64,000 nucleotides of DNA, from positions 145,144,001 to 145,208,000 of the forward strand of contig CM059431.1 in the NCBI GenBank assembly GCA_030390025.1, read 5' to 3'. Below the pieces are notes generated by a model, which was not told where the DNA came from, searched no databases, and saw nothing but the letters and a program-made list of their open reading frames with translations. Origin of the DNA: Squalus acanthias. Its lineage: Eukaryota. Made by a program: the position numbers and the translations under genes. This document shows, piece by piece, positions 35,901 through 50,900 of this stretch (positions are counted from its first letter, which is position 1; each line of letters begins with the position of its first letter).

Positions 35901-38900
35901 GATGGAAGACTGTAAGAGGCCGAGAACGGAGAGATCAGAGTGGGAGTGGAGCAGAGAATTAAAGCGTTAGGCGATCAGAAGCTCGGGGTGACACTTACAG
36001 ACTGAGCGGTGGTGTTCCGCAAAGCAATCTCCCAATCCACGTTTGGTCTCCCCAATGTAGAGGAGACCGCATCGTGAGCAGCGAATAAAGTATACTAAAT
36101 CGCAAGAATTATAAGTAAATCGCTGTTTGACCTGTAAGGAGAGTTTGGGGCCCTGGACATTGGGAAGGGAAGAGGTAAAAGGGCAGGTGTTGCATCTCCT
36201 GCGCTTGAAAGGGAAGGCGCCGGGGGAAGGGGAAGGGGTGTTGGGGTAATTGAGGATTGGACCAGGATGTCGTGCAGGGAGCTTCAGAATGCTGATAGGG
36301 GAGGTGACAGAAAGATGTGTTTGGTGGTGGGATCACGCTGGACGTGGCGGAGGATGATCCGTTGAATGCGGAGGTTTGTGGGTTGCAAGGTGAGGACAAG
36401 GGAAACCGTATCGTGGTTCTGGGAGGAAGGGGAAGGGGTGAGAGCAGACGTGCGGGAAATAGAATGGACATGGTCAAGAGCCGCGTTAACCACAGTAGAG
36501 GGGATTCCTCGATTGTGGAATAAGGAAGACATGTCGGAAGCAGTATTATAGAACGTGGCATCGTCAGAGCAGATGCTGCAGAGATGGAGAAATTGGGAGA
36601 ATGGACCAGCGTCCTTACAGGAAGCGAGGTGGGAGGAAGTGAATTCCAAGTAGCTGTGGGAGTCAGAGGGCTTATAGTTAATGTTTGTCAATAGCAGCAA
36701 AAGATTTTATTCTGTCTCCGTACAAGTTTTAAATGTCCCTGGGCTCTTAGTTTATAGAGGAGGGGAATCTCACTTTATTCCCCATTACACTGGGTTTACA
36801 TTTATTTCAGTTGTAACTGGCCCGACAGATATTGGGGAATTTTCGGAAGTTCCCTCCCCAGCCGGGCCTCACACACAGGGGGCGGATTATGGGGAATTCC
36901 CGGGTTCACTGTCCCCGGTTTACCCAGGATCCGCCCGCTGTGTGCGAGGCCCCAACGCTGGCCGGTGTGTGTCTGTACTCCGGGGCTCATACCCCACAAC
37001 ACGTTGGATTGGAACCTTTTTACCGGCAGATTTAAGATGCGGAATATGATTTTTTACTCAATTTTCAGGACTGTGAATAATATAAACATTTACAGCTGAA
37101 AGAATTCCCGATTCCCCAGTATTCCCAATCCAGGAACCTACCCCCTCGACAAGACACACACTGCACGGCATTGGAGTAAATATCGAACTGTTATTGATTT
37201 AAACTCGGGTTTCTCTCCTGTTTCCAGTTGAAATGTTTGATGTGGAAGACATTTTAAATTAATTTTATCTTTACTACAGGATTATATTTTATGTTTAAAT
37301 TCCGCTGTCCAGCCTTATTAATTATGATTTCTTGTAATTACATTATCAGGCTCTCAGTGACCTGTATTTACGAATCCGATAAAGACTGTAAAATCTCCAC
37401 TTGTTCACAATGATCCATTTTAGATTCTCCAGTCCTTAGGGAATTACTAACCGATCCTCTTATTATTGGTCATATTTGTGTTGAATCTGCTTCTCTCCGA
37501 TTTAACTGAACTGCTTGTTGCCCTTCTTTACGGAGCAGCAACACAATCCGTGACTGTTCTACAATTCGCCCAACAGTTAGAGACAAATAAGCAGTTACCT
37601 CAACACCCGGCATTTGTGCAGTACGGGTCCCAGCCGCTGGAGTCCTTCACACTGAATGTTGCAGGTCCCTAGATCGAGTGTTTTTATTGTATCACAGAGT
37701 CCAATGACATGAGACAGGACCGCACAGTCAATCGGGGTAAATCTCAATCCACTGAATGTAAGTGTTTCCACGGATCCCACTATTTTCCGAGCCAGTGCTT
37801 TATTCTGAGACTCAAACAGGTAGTGGAATGTGTTCAGGAGATTCCTTTTACCAGTTTCACTCTCTGTGTTTCCAATCTGTCCTTCAACCTTTTCCGTCAC
37901 CCAGTCAATCACTCGGCAGGTGGTCTGATGAAGAAATTGACCCAGAAACTCCTCCAGGGGCCGAGCTGCCTCTGGGGAGGAGAGACCAGCAACAAAACGT
38001 AGAAATATCTCAAATCGCCCATCTTCCTTGCTGTGGGATTCTCTGAGGAGCTTTTGGATGTCCCCGGGGTCTGGTGTCAGGAATTGTGCGAGTGCGGCTG
38101 CAAACTCTTGGATGGTGAGGTGCGGGAATGTGTACACCACACTCTGGGCAGAATCATCTCTCTCCAAAAGTTCCATCATGAACCCAGACAGGAACTGGGA
38201 AGGTTGCAGATTGTACTTGATCAAATCTCCATTTCTAAACACTATCTTCTTCTCGGAGACTCCTGTGAAGGCCATCTCACCAAGCTTCAGTAACACATCC
38301 CGGGGGCTTTCAATCTCTCGGCCATGGTTTTTCAGAATGTTGTAAATATAGCAGGAGTATAGTTGGGTGATGGTCTTGGGAACTCGCTGCTGATTCCTGT
38401 CTCTTTGTGTAAAGAAGGGACCAAGTGACAACCCGAGGATCCAGCAGTAGGAAGGGTTGTAGCTCATGGTGTACAGGATCTCGTTCTCCTCCACGTGTTT
38501 GAAAACAGCTGCTGCTACCGTCTGATCTTCAAAAAACTTGTTGAAATATTCCTTGCGTTCCTCACCAACAAATCCCAGGATTTCAGCCCAGACACTGATC
38601 TCAGCCTTTTCCAATAAATGTAATGCAGTGGGGCGGCTGGTCACTAGCACTGAACATCCTGGGAGCAGCTTGTGCTGTATTAAACTGTACACAATGTCAG
38701 ACACTTCACACCAGTCTTCAGGATCTGTGCACATGTGCTGAGGTTCTGTATTTCTCCGATTGTCAGCAAAATCGATCTTGTCGTTGAATTCATCCAAACC
38801 ATCGAATATAAACAGCAACACCTCTGGGTTCTTCCAGAGCTCTCCCAGAATATTCCCAAAGTAAGGATACAGATCCAGTATCAGATTCCTCAGGTTTATT

Positions 38901-41900
38901 CTACAGTTAATAGCGTTCAAATCCCGGAATTTAAAGCTGAAAACAAATTGAAAGTGTGGGTATATTTTCCCAGTGGCCCAGTCATGAACAATCTTTTGTA
39001 CCATTGTTGTTTTTCCAATTCCCGGGACTCCGCACACTGCTCCTGAACTCCCAGCATTGGATTCTCTCCGGGAAAAACTGCTGTGGAAAAATTGATCTGT
39101 TCGGATTTTCTCCAGTTCTCCCCGGAGATGTTGCTTTCTCCACTCTTCATGGTCTCTGCCTCTTGCCAGCAGTTCATGTTCTACAAGTTTCCGATCTCTA
39201 ACTGTAGAAATGACCGTTAGCTCAGCGTATCGAACAACCAGCTGGAAAACCTTAACCTTCTCCTTTATTAGGATAGTGTTCACTCTCAGGGTTTCCGATT
39301 GTATCCGGAGTGTTTCCTTGTGTTTCTGTTGAACATCTTCATTTAGAACAGGCAGAAAGAGGTTCTCAATGTTAGATGTATTGAAAAAAACAACTTCTCA
39401 ATACTATTTCATGTTCAGTAAAACATTGCAAGATCTAATTCACAGCTTCAATAGAGGTGCGGGTAGAAGTTAAATCTCAGTTAATGGAAACCTCATTTCA
39501 AAGTGAGCAATGGCCGAGAAAAGTTTCAAATCCTCACTTGATTCTAATATTCACTGAACATGGAGATTTCTATGAAGGTGATATTTACCCTCTGATGTTT
39601 ATTACTTTCCAGCCTGCCCGGTACTATAGAATTCCCATTAGAAATACACACGTGATACTGATTTAACGACAGTAGAGGTTCTCGTGGTTGAATCTCAGAA
39701 ACCGTTAGTGGTGCTTCCCTTCTGCAGCAATGGGAAACGGGATTGATTGGTCACCGATAGGGACAATGTGCAGAAGATCCGCCGTTGCTGTATCAGATCA
39801 TGGGCAGGTTATCTGGGTTAGTGAGTACACTGGGAGAGGGACAGACTGTGAATGTACAGAAGTTCCAAGGTTAGTGTGTCAGGTCCTGGTCAGGTATCTA
39901 GGGTAGTGTGGGCACTGGGAAAGGGACAGTCTGTGAATGTACAGAAGTTCCATCGTTCGTGTGTCAGGTCCTGGGCAGGTATTGTGTGCACTTCTAATCA
40001 CAGGAAGAAAATTATTGAAATGGTGAAGGTGCAGAGAGAAATAAGATGATTATTGGTGTCAGGAACCGATCAGAATTTCGAACAGAAGTCAAAAAATTTA
40101 TGCCGTTAGAAGATTCACAATGAACACTATTATTAAAGAGAAAACTGACACTAATACTAAGAAGGGAAATCAGTGTAATCTTGTTCACCAAAGGGTAATA
40201 GAGCGGGAGACAAGTTACCAGGGAGGACACTAAGGGGCAGTGTAACTGGGGAGAAGAGACAATTGCTTGTGTTTCTGTGGATACACTGAGAGGAGGGGCA
40301 GGTGGGTTCATCTCTAAAAGGGACAGACTTGTTTGGACCAACGTGGCATTTTGTACCCCTAAACATCCCCCTGTTGTGTTTCAGAAAATGCGATCAGCTT
40401 TCAGTAATTTTACATTTATATTATTTTTAGATGACAGTCTCATCAGATAACCGATCAGAATCAGAAATAGAACTCAGTATTACGTTAGGGAAGAAAAGAC
40501 TGAGAGTTCATTTCAACAGTTACAAAAATTAAACTCCATCGTTTCATTTGGATACAAGTTACCTACAATGTAGTTTTGAAAATTACAAATATGTTTCTGA
40601 GAAACAGTAAATTGGGATTTAAATCCCGCTGAATGGAATTACGATTCTTTCAGTACAACAAGATTCTCTGTGCCTAGTTTGTCTGTTTTACTCCCAGAGG
40701 TAATCGGCCCAATCAATTTCAAATCACCCATAACATGGCTTTTACCTCATGTTCCTCCTCAGTAAATGTTTGAATGTGTGAAACACTGAACATCTGCTCA
40801 GATTAGATCGAACACTATCTGACGTTATGACGTGATGTACAATGGTATTGCTTAAATTTTTCCCATTTCTCGAACACTTTTTCGACAGTTTGTGCTGAAT
40901 AGAAGCCCAGGGGCAGAGAGAACTTCCACATCAGGCAAAAAGGACTTTGTTTCACAGGGTATAATGATCTCGCCAGGTTTATATGTGGTTTCACAGTGCA
41001 TCAGGCTCCTGCCAGGTGTGTATGGGGCTCCATAGAGCATCGGGATCCTGCCAGGTGTGTGTGGGGTTTCACAACGAATCAGGATCCTGCCAGGTGTGTA
41101 TGGGGTTTCAAAGTGTATCAGGATCCTGCCAGGTATGTATGGAGTTTCACAGTGTTTCAGGATCCTACCAGGTGTGTATGACGTTTAACAATGTATTGGG
41201 ATCCTGCCAGGTGTGTATGGTGTTTCACAGGGTATAATGATCCTGCCAGGTGTGTATGTGGTTTCACAGTGAATCGGGATCCTGTCAGTTATGTCTGATG
41301 TTTCACAAAATCTTAGGATTCAGTCAGGTGTATATGGGGTTTCACAGTTCATTAGGATTCGGCCAGATGTGTATGGAGATTGGCAGTGTTTCATGATCCT
41401 GCCAGGTGTGTATGGGGTCTCACAGTGTATGGGAATCCTCACAGATGTGTATGGGGTTTCACAGTGTATTAGGATCCTGCCAGGTGCGTATGGGTTTTGG
41501 CAGTTTATTGGGTTCTTGCCAGGTGTGTATTCGGTTTCACAGTATATCCGGCTCCTGCCTGGTGTGTATGGGGTTTCACAGTGTATCAGGATCCTGACAG
41601 GTGTGTATGGGGTTTCACAGTGTATCAGGAGCCGGCCATGTTAGTATGGCGTTTCACGATGTATCCGGAACCTGCCATGTGTGTACGGGGTTTCACACTG
41701 TATGGGGATACTGCCAGGACTGTACCGCGTTTCACAGTATAACAGGATCCTGCCAGATGTGTATCGGGTTTCCGAATGTATCGGGATCCTGCCAGGTGTG
41801 TATGGGGTTTCACAATGTATCGGTATCCTGCCAGGTGTGTATGCGGTTTTGCAGTGTATCAGGATCCTGCCAGGTGTGTATAGAGTTTCACAGTGTTTCA

Positions 41901-44900
41901 GGATCCTACCAGGTGTGTATGTGAATTCACAGTAAATCAGGATCCTATCAGGTGTGTATGGGGCTTCGCAGTTTATCATGATCCTGCCAGGTGTATATGG
42001 GGTTTCACAATGTATCAGGATCCTGCCAGGTGTGTATGGTGTTTCACAGTGTATCAGGATCCTGCCAGGTGTGTATATGAATTCACAGTGTATCAGGATC
42101 CTTCCAGGTGTGTAAGGAGTTTCACAATGTATCAGAATCCTGCGATGTGTTTGGGGTATCACAGTGTATCAGGATCCTGCCAGGTGTGTATGGGGTTTCA
42201 CACTGTATCATGATCCTGCCAGGTGTGTATAGGGTTTCACTGTGTATCAGGATCCTGACACGTGTATGCGATGTGTGTTGCAATAACTGGAGCATACAAG
42301 ACCTGCAAATTTACCATTAATTCAAAAATCGGCGATAATTGCAAATTGAATCTATGCAGAACTTTTGTGGATTAATCACGAATCTAAACAATGTTCAATC
42401 CTATTCCCTTAGCCTTTGAGCTTCTCATTCCTAGATTCTGACAATCTTTAAACAATCGGCTCCAGTCAAATATTCGGATTTAATAGTGAAACAGATGTAT
42501 TGAAATCTCCATGTCATCACTTACCTTTCAGGTGACTGGGCACTTCGGATAAACCTCGTGCGATGTTCATGTAATCAAATGGATGAGAACCTGTTGAAAT
42601 CAATTTACTTTCATGAATTCTGATCTGTGTAATATTATAGTAAAAGCATGTTTGAATCTGAATTTGAATTCAGTGTGTTTTTAACTACCAAGTTCCTTTA
42701 TTTCTTTCAGTATTTTATCCAGCTTTGGTACCCCATGGCGCATTTTCAGAAAGGATTCCCACATCACCCTTCGGGCCCCAGCACCTTTCTCCATCACCAG
42801 ATTTAGGAGAAGTTTGGAACTGTCCGCCCGGTTTCCCTTCTCCACGAGCTCAGTGACTTTCTATAAAGAATAATAATGAAAATATTGAGGAGCGAAGTGA
42901 AAGATAAACACTGAGAATGAGAAGAAAATGATCTGCACAGTGATGGGCTCTCCCAGTTGTTGAGAACAGAGAGCAGTCACTGGACCGGGTTTTGATCCAT
43001 TCTGAACATGGGCTGAATATTGGCACAAAAATTAGTGCCGCTACGCGAGAGTCTCCAATTGCCGGTGTTCTGCATGCACTGCGCATGCGCTGAAAACCTG
43101 TACTTGGTGAATGGAAAAGGGGGCGGGTCCTAGGTGAACCGCGTGCGCGCTACAGGCTGCGCGCACACTGTGCACTTAGTGGTTTCAACGCGCAGGTAAG
43201 TACGGAAGATTCTACACATAAAAAAAGGAGTAAGACCCACTTTTAACAAGGTAAGTAGTGAATTAAGTATTATTTTGAATATTTTTAACAGGTATATATT
43301 TTTTAGAGACTTTAAAGACAGGTAAGTATATTTATATAACTTTTTAAAAGATTTTAAACTTTTTCAAAAATTTAATTTGTTATTTAAAATGGTTAATTTA
43401 TTTAACTATACTTATTTTATTAATGTGATGGTTTTTTAAAAAATTTAATTGAGGTTTAGAGGTTCTTTTGGGGGGCTATAGCATTCATAACTTTCACAGC
43501 ACTTATGTGAAAGTTATGAATGGAAGATGGTGTGCTGCCATTGGCTCTAACTGAGTCACGTGATCCCACAGCTCGCACGAGTTAACTGCGCCGGTGGGAT
43601 ACGCAAGCCCAGCACAGCAGCTGTCCAGAACATCAAGTTCGTGCGAGCTGGAACTGAAAAAGCCAACACGCAGTGAGAGATCGCGGGGAGGCCTTACCCT
43701 CGCACGAAGGCTTCCTCACGAATTTTTGGGCCATTATGTAAGCATCTTGATTCAGTCATTAAGGGCAAATAAATTTGATGAGTTATAGTTCTCAGAGACT
43801 GAGGAAGCACTGAGAATCTGCAGCAGTTTTAATATGATTAGTTTTCTCTCTCCTTCAGTGTCCAACATTACATCAGATTACTGACTGACAATATGATAGA
43901 CTCGTTTTTCACAATTTTTCCTGCTGCCACACTTTGTGATTTACTGAGAAATAAAAAAGCAGCGAGTCAGAAATCCAGTGGCAGGGAAGTAACGAATCTG
44001 AAGTGAGAGAATCAGCTAGAAATCTGTCTGAGATATTACACCGACTAATCGAAACAATCACTGATGATGTATAGGGCCGGAAAATCGACCAATAAAGATA
44101 ATGCTGAAACATTTAATCACCTTTTCCCCCGGTAATTGAAATGTCTGACACCCCTTATTTTGTTCACCCGCTGCCGGTATGAAACCTCGGTAATCGGGAA
44201 CAGATATCCAGCAATGGGGTTGGTGTAGTCAGGACATTCATCATCAAAGCTTGCATTTATATTACGCCTTTAATGCAGGAAAGTAAACGTCGAAAGGCAC
44301 TTAACAGAGGTGCAATCCGACAATGGACACAGAGTCGGCGAGGCGTCGAGAACGATAGTGTGTTGATTATGTTACTGGACGAGTAATCCAGAGACAACGG
44401 TTCAAATATCATCGTGGACATCTCATGAATTTGAATTCAAATTCGAATTTGAAACTTTTAGAAATAAAAAGCTGGTACTAGTAAAGATTGTCGTAAAACC
44501 CAATGACATTTACGCCTGGTCTGTACGTGACTCCAGTCCTTCACAAACGTGGTGGCCTCTGAAATGGCGGAGAAAGCCTTTACAATAAAGATACGGAGGA
44601 ATAAAACCGGGCGGACTGCTCGGCTTCGTCAGTGCATTCGGACACGACGAAGGAACACCCAGCCCAGTCAATCCTGCAAAGCTCTCCTCACTAACATCTG
44701 CGGACTCGTGCCAAAGTAGGGAGAAGTGGACCACACATTTATCAAGCAACTGTTTGACATAGTGATACTTGTAAAACATATTTATTAGCTAACATTCCAG
44801 GCACCTCCATCAGCATTCATCGGTATTTCCTGTCCCACCGGCAGGACAGACCCACCAGTGGAAGGGCACAGTGATATACACTCAGATGCAAGTGCCCTTC

Positions 44901-47900
44901 GTGTTATTAGCATTGACTCCGGAGCCAAGGAAATCTCATGCCTTCAGGTCAAACATGGGCAAGGAAACCTCCTGCTGATTACCATTACCACCCTCCCTCA
45001 GCCAGAGAGAATAGAGTAGAGTAGAGTATAGTAAAGATAAAACGGGGGATTACAGACCGGTAAGCCTGACATCAGTAGTGGGGAAAATGCTAGAGTCCAT
45101 AATAAAAGATGTAATAGATGAGCACTTGGAAAACAGTGACGGGATCGGAAAAAGTCAACATGGATTTACAAAAGGTAAATCATGCTTGATTAATCTACTG
45201 GAACTTTTTGAGGATGTAACTGGTAAAATAGATAAGGGAGAATCAGTGGATGTGGTGTATTTGGACTTCCAAAAGGCTTTTGATAAGGTCCCGCATAAGA
45301 GATTAGCGTGTAAAGTTAAGGCACATGGGATTGGGGGCAAGGTATTGACTTGGATAGAAAACTGGTTGGCAGACAGAAAGCAAAGAGTTGGAATAAACGG
45401 GTCTTTTTCCGAGTGGCAGGAAGTGACTAGTGGGGTACCGCAGGTATCGGTCCTTGGACCCCAGCTATTCACAATATATATTAATGATCTAGACAAGGGA
45501 ACTAGATGTAATATCTCCAAGTTTGCAGACGACACAAAACTGGGTGGGCGTGTGTGCTGCGAGGCGGATGCCGAGAAACTCCAGGACGATTTGGACAGGT
45601 TGAGTGATTCGGCAGAAGCGTGGCAGATGCAATATAACGTTAGCTAAATGCGAGGTTATCCACTTTGGTGTCAAAAACAGAAAGACAGATTATTATCTGA
45701 ATGGCAATAAATTGGGAGAAGGGGAAGTGCAACGAGACCTGGGTGTCCTTGTGCACCAGTCGCTGAAGGTAAGCATGCAGGTGCAGCAGGCAGTTAAGAA
45801 GGCAAATGGTATGTTGGCCTTCAAAGTGAGAGGGTTTGAGTACAGGAACAAGGATGTCTTGCTGCAGTTGTACAGGGCCTTGGTGAGACCACACCTTGAG
45901 TACTGTGTGCAGTTTTGGTCGCCTTATCTGAGGAAGGATGTTTTGGCCATGGAAGGAGTTTAGCGAAGATTCACAAGGCTGATACCTGGGATGGCAGGAA
46001 TGATGTATGAAGAGAGATTGGTTCGATTGGGCTTAAACTCGCTGGAATTTAGAAGAATGAGAGGGGATCTCATTGAAACTTATACAATTCTGACAGGACA
46101 GGACAAACTAGATGCAGGAAGGATGTTCCCGATGGTCGGGGAGTCCAGAAGCACGGGTCACAGTCTAAGGATAAGTGGTAAGCCATTTAGGACAGAAATT
46201 AGGAGGAATTTCTTCACCCAGAGAGTGGTGAACCTGTGGAATTCTCTGCCACAGAAGGCAGTAGAGGCCAATTCATTAACTAGATTCAAGAAGGAGTTGG
46301 ATATATTTCTTAAGGTTAAAGGGATCAAGGGATATGGGGAGAAAGCAGGGACAGGGTACTGAATTTGAATGATCAGCCATGATTGCATTGAATGGCGGAG
46401 CAGGCAAGAGGGGCCGAATGACCTACTCCTGCTCCTATCTTCTATGATTCTATGATTCTATGAATTAATCAGTACTCCTCCATTTTGAACACAACTTGGA
46501 GGCAGCACTAAAGGTGACAAAAGGTTCAGACTGTGAAGTGATGTGAGATTTCGTGCCTAGTTCCCAGCCAATTCCATATCAAGCAACAAATGAATGCACT
46601 GGGCGCCGCAAATGCTAAAGGTTGCGTCAAAATTTTGGCTGTGGTGTTGAAGATCTGTACTCTGGAACTAACTGCATATCTAGTAAAGTTGTTCCAGTAC
46701 ATCCACAGCACTGGAATCTGCCCGACAATGTAAAGAATTGTCCATGTATGTCCTGTCCACAAAGAGCAGGACAAATCCACCCCGCGCAATTACCACACTA
46801 TCAGCCTGCTCTCAATCATCATCATGAAAATGTTGGAAGGAGTCATCAACAGTGCTATCAAACAGCAGTTAATCACAAATAAGCTGTTCACCGAGGCTCA
46901 ATTTGAGTTCCACCAGGAAGAATCGACTCCAAACAAGGACCAAAGAACTGAATTCCAGCTGTTACGTGAGAGTGACTGTGCTTGACATCAAGGCAGTGTT
47001 CGACGTCTGTGGCACCAAGGAGTGTGGTTGTTGGAGGCGAATCGTCTCAGCACCAGGACATCACTGCAGGAGTTCCTCGGGGCAGAGTCTTCGGGCAAAC
47101 CATTTCAGCTGCATCGTCAATTACCTTCCCTCCATCATAAAGCCAGGAGTTGGGATGTTCTCTGATGATTGCAGTGTTCAGCTCCATTTTCAATTCGTCA
47201 AATAATGAAGCGGTCCATGCTCGCATGCAGCAAGCCCTGGACAAAACCTAGGCTTGGGTGGACAAGTGACAAGTAACATTCGCGCCCCACAAGTGTCATG
47301 CAATGTCCATCTCCCACAAGAGAGTCCAACCATATCCCTTTGTCATTCACTGGCATTGCCATCGTCAAATCCCTACCACTGACTAGACACAAAAAAACTC
47401 GTGGCTGCTGGAGCAGGTAAGAGGATGGGTATTCTGTGGCGAGTGGCTCAACTCCTGGCCACCCAGGAGCCTCTCCTGCACCTATAAGGTACAACTGCGG
47501 CGTGTGATGGAAAACTCTCCACTTGCCTGGATCGGTGCAGCTGCAACAACACTCAAGAAGCTCCACACAATTCTAAACAAAGAAATACGCTTCATCGGCA
47601 CCCCACCCACAACCTAAAACATCCAATTCCTCCACCAATGGTGCACCATCGCTGCAGTGTGTGCTGTTTACAGAAAGAACTGCAGCAGTTCGCCAAGGTT
47701 CTTTGACAACCCCTCTCAAACCCGCCGCCTCTGCACCTAGAAGGACAAGAGCAGCATCCGCATGGAAACACCACTACCTCTACGTTCCACTTCAAGCAAC
47801 ATACGATCCTGACTTGAACATATATCGCCGTTCCTTCATCGTCAGTGTAAATTAGAGCCAAAACGCCCAGCGCCCTCTACAGGGAACAGGAGAAGCGACT

Positions 47901-50900
47901 GTATGTGTCCTTAACCAAACAGCTTCAAGAATCCTTACGCAAAGTCTGAACCAAGAAGTCTTAGTTAGAATATAGAATGCAATGTCAAATCACATGCAGA
48001 AAGTGGAATAAAGAGAGGGAAAGAAAGATTGGATTCAGAATGATTCTCACTGAAACATTCCAAATTCTTACAGGGCTTGACAGGGTAGATGCAGGGAGGA
48101 TGTTTTCCCTGGCTGGGGAGTCGAGAACCAGGGGTCACAGTCTCAGAAAAAGGGGACGGCCATTTAGGACTGAGATAAGGTGAAATTTCTTCACTCAGAG
48201 GGTCTTGAATCTTTGGAATTCTCTACCCCAGAGGGCTGTGGAGGCTCAGTCGTTGAGTATATTCAAGACAGAGATCGATAGATTTTTGAATCTTAAGGGA
48301 ATCAAGGGATATTGGGATAGTGCAGGAAAGGGGAGATGAGGTAGAAGATCAGCCATGTCCTTAATGAATGGCGGAGCAGGTTCGAAGGGATAAATGGTCT
48401 TCTCCTGCTACTATTTCGTAACTTATGTTCAAAGGGAACGAAAAAAGAGACAGAAAGAAAAGGTACCAAAACTATTGAATTTGTTTTTCTACAGCTCCAA
48501 CAATAATTAAAATCCGAAGGAATGAGACTCCACACTTGTAAAATTTGATTTTTAGTGCAAGAGAGGTTGTTTAGCATTAGTTAAGACTGATCACTCCGTT
48601 AAACAAATAATTACACTGGAATAGGCAAGCCCTGACTTTTCCTGGCGAGTTTCCTGTGTATCTATCAGTTAAGTACCGGAATGTTACGCCGTTCCATGCA
48701 TTTCAATGGCGAATCTCTCGGTGAGATATCATTCTCGCGCAGCTTTGGGAGCAGCAGGGCAACTCGGACAGGACCTTCCTGATTTTCGTGTTTAACTCTG
48801 CATGTGCGGTCGCTGGAAGTTACTGTCCAATTTACACTTTAATAACAGTGAGCGCTGTTAGCCCCACCATTATTTCTACCGCAAAATCTGGCCTATTACA
48901 AAAATTTCACCCCCCAGTCATTCACTCAGTGAACAAAATGGTGAAGAAACCAAACCATTAAAGTGAGCGGACAGCAAATTACAGACTGAATAATCTCAAT
49001 TTCCTGATGTTCCACCCTAGGGAGTGAAATCCCACACCAAGAGCACAGGGGCTGGTAATTTACCCAGTTTGGACACTCCATTTATACAATGTAAAAGCAA
49101 TGGAAAAACTGGCGTGCAATTGCCCTAGGATGTTAGCAGGGATGTGGAGTTACTGTTAGAGAGTGCGATGTGAGAACGTTGGGCTTATTCCACTAGAGGT
49201 GAGCAGATTAAGTGAGGAGTTGCTGCACGTCCTCAGATTCTGAAGAGCTATGAACAAATAAATACTTACTGATACTTTCCACCGATTGGCCAGAGAACAC
49301 ATATTTAGGCTAATTTGAAGAAGTCGGGGTGAAGGTAGATAAATGCATTTATATACGAGGTGGTTAGAAAGCATAATTCAATCACACAAGCTATGGTGGA
49401 AGCAAGTGGACATTCTTTTGATAAAATCTATTTCTATTGCTGCGTGGCTAGAAAGGAATGCTGAAGTACGGGGAGTGAACAGAAGATTGCACCTGGACTA
49501 ATTGTGATACTAACCATAAAGCGGTCAGCAGGAGTTTGGAATTAGACAAGGTGAGATATTAACGGTAATGGGTAGTGAGCAGGAGGTTGAGTTAAGACTA
49601 TATGGGATATTAACGGTAAAGGGTAGTGAGCAGGAGGTTGTGATTAGACAAGGTGGGATATTAACGGTAATGGGTAGTGAGCAGGAGGTTGGGGTAAGAC
49701 TAGATTGGATATTAACGGTAATGGGTATTGAGCAGGAGGTTGGGATTTGACTAGGTGGATGAATTAGCTGCGCAAATAGATGTAAACGGAAATGATATAA
49801 TTGGGATTAGGAGAATTGGCTCCAGGGTGAACAAGACTGGGAATTCAACATCCAGGGGTATTCAATATTCAGGAAGGGCAGGCAAAAAGGAAAAGGAGGT
49901 GGGGTAGCAAAACTGGTTAAAGAGGAGATTAACACAATAGTAAGGAAGGATATTAGCTCTGATGATGTGGAATCTGTATGGGTAGAGCTGAGAAATACCA
50001 AGGGGCAGAAAACGTTAGTGGGAGTTGTATGCAGACCCACAGACAGTAATGCTGAGATTAGGGATGGCATTAAACGGGAAATTAGAGATGCGTGCAATAA
50101 GGGCACAGCAGTCATCATGGGTGACATTAATCTACATATACATTGGGCTAACCAAATTAGTAACAATACCGTGGAAGAGGAATTCCTGGAGTGTATAGGG
50201 GATGGTTTCCTGGACCAATATGTCGAGGAACCCATTAGAGATCAAGCCTTCTTAGAGTGGATATTATGTAATCAGAAAGGATTAATTAGCAATCTTGTTG
50301 TGTGAGGCCCCTTGGGGAGGAGCAATCATAATATGATAGAATTCTTCATTAAAATGGAGAGTGAAGTAGTAGTTGACTCAGAGCCTAAGGTACAGAATTT
50401 AAATAAAGGAAACTACGATGGTATGAGGCGCGAGTTGGCTAGGATGGATTGGGGAATGTTACTTAAAGGGTTGACGGTGGATAGGCAATGGCATACATTT
50501 AAAGATCGCATGGATGAACTACAGAATTTGTTCATCACTGTTTGGCATAAAAATCAAACAAAAAAGGTGACTCAAACGTAGCTAATAAGGGAAATTAGGG
50601 ATAGCATAAGATACAAGAAGAGAACATAGAAAAAGCAGCAAAGCTGAGGATTGGGAGCAGTTAAGGATTCAGCAAAGGACGACAAAGAGATTAATTCAGA
50701 AGGGGAAAATAGAGTATGAGAGTAAGATTCCAGGGAAAATAAAAACTGACTGTAAAAGCTTCTATAGATATGTGAAGAGAAAAAGATTGTTGAAATCAAG
50801 CGTAGGTCCCTTGCATTCAGAAGCAGGGGAATTTATAATGGGGAACAAAGAAATGTCAGAACAATTAAATACATACTTTGGTTCTGTCTTCACAAAGGAG

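Noticed and set aside
37709..39201. Plus-strand ORFs over the NACHT exon
   Set aside because: Antisense shadows of the NLR exon
40983..42320. 13-aa repeat ORFs (VSQCIRILPGVYG; HCETPYTPGRIL) as a possible repeat protein or extra NLR exon
   Set aside because: The 39-bp unit is a multiple of 3, so frames stay open by construction; stops are scattered and exons 4-5 join in phase without it
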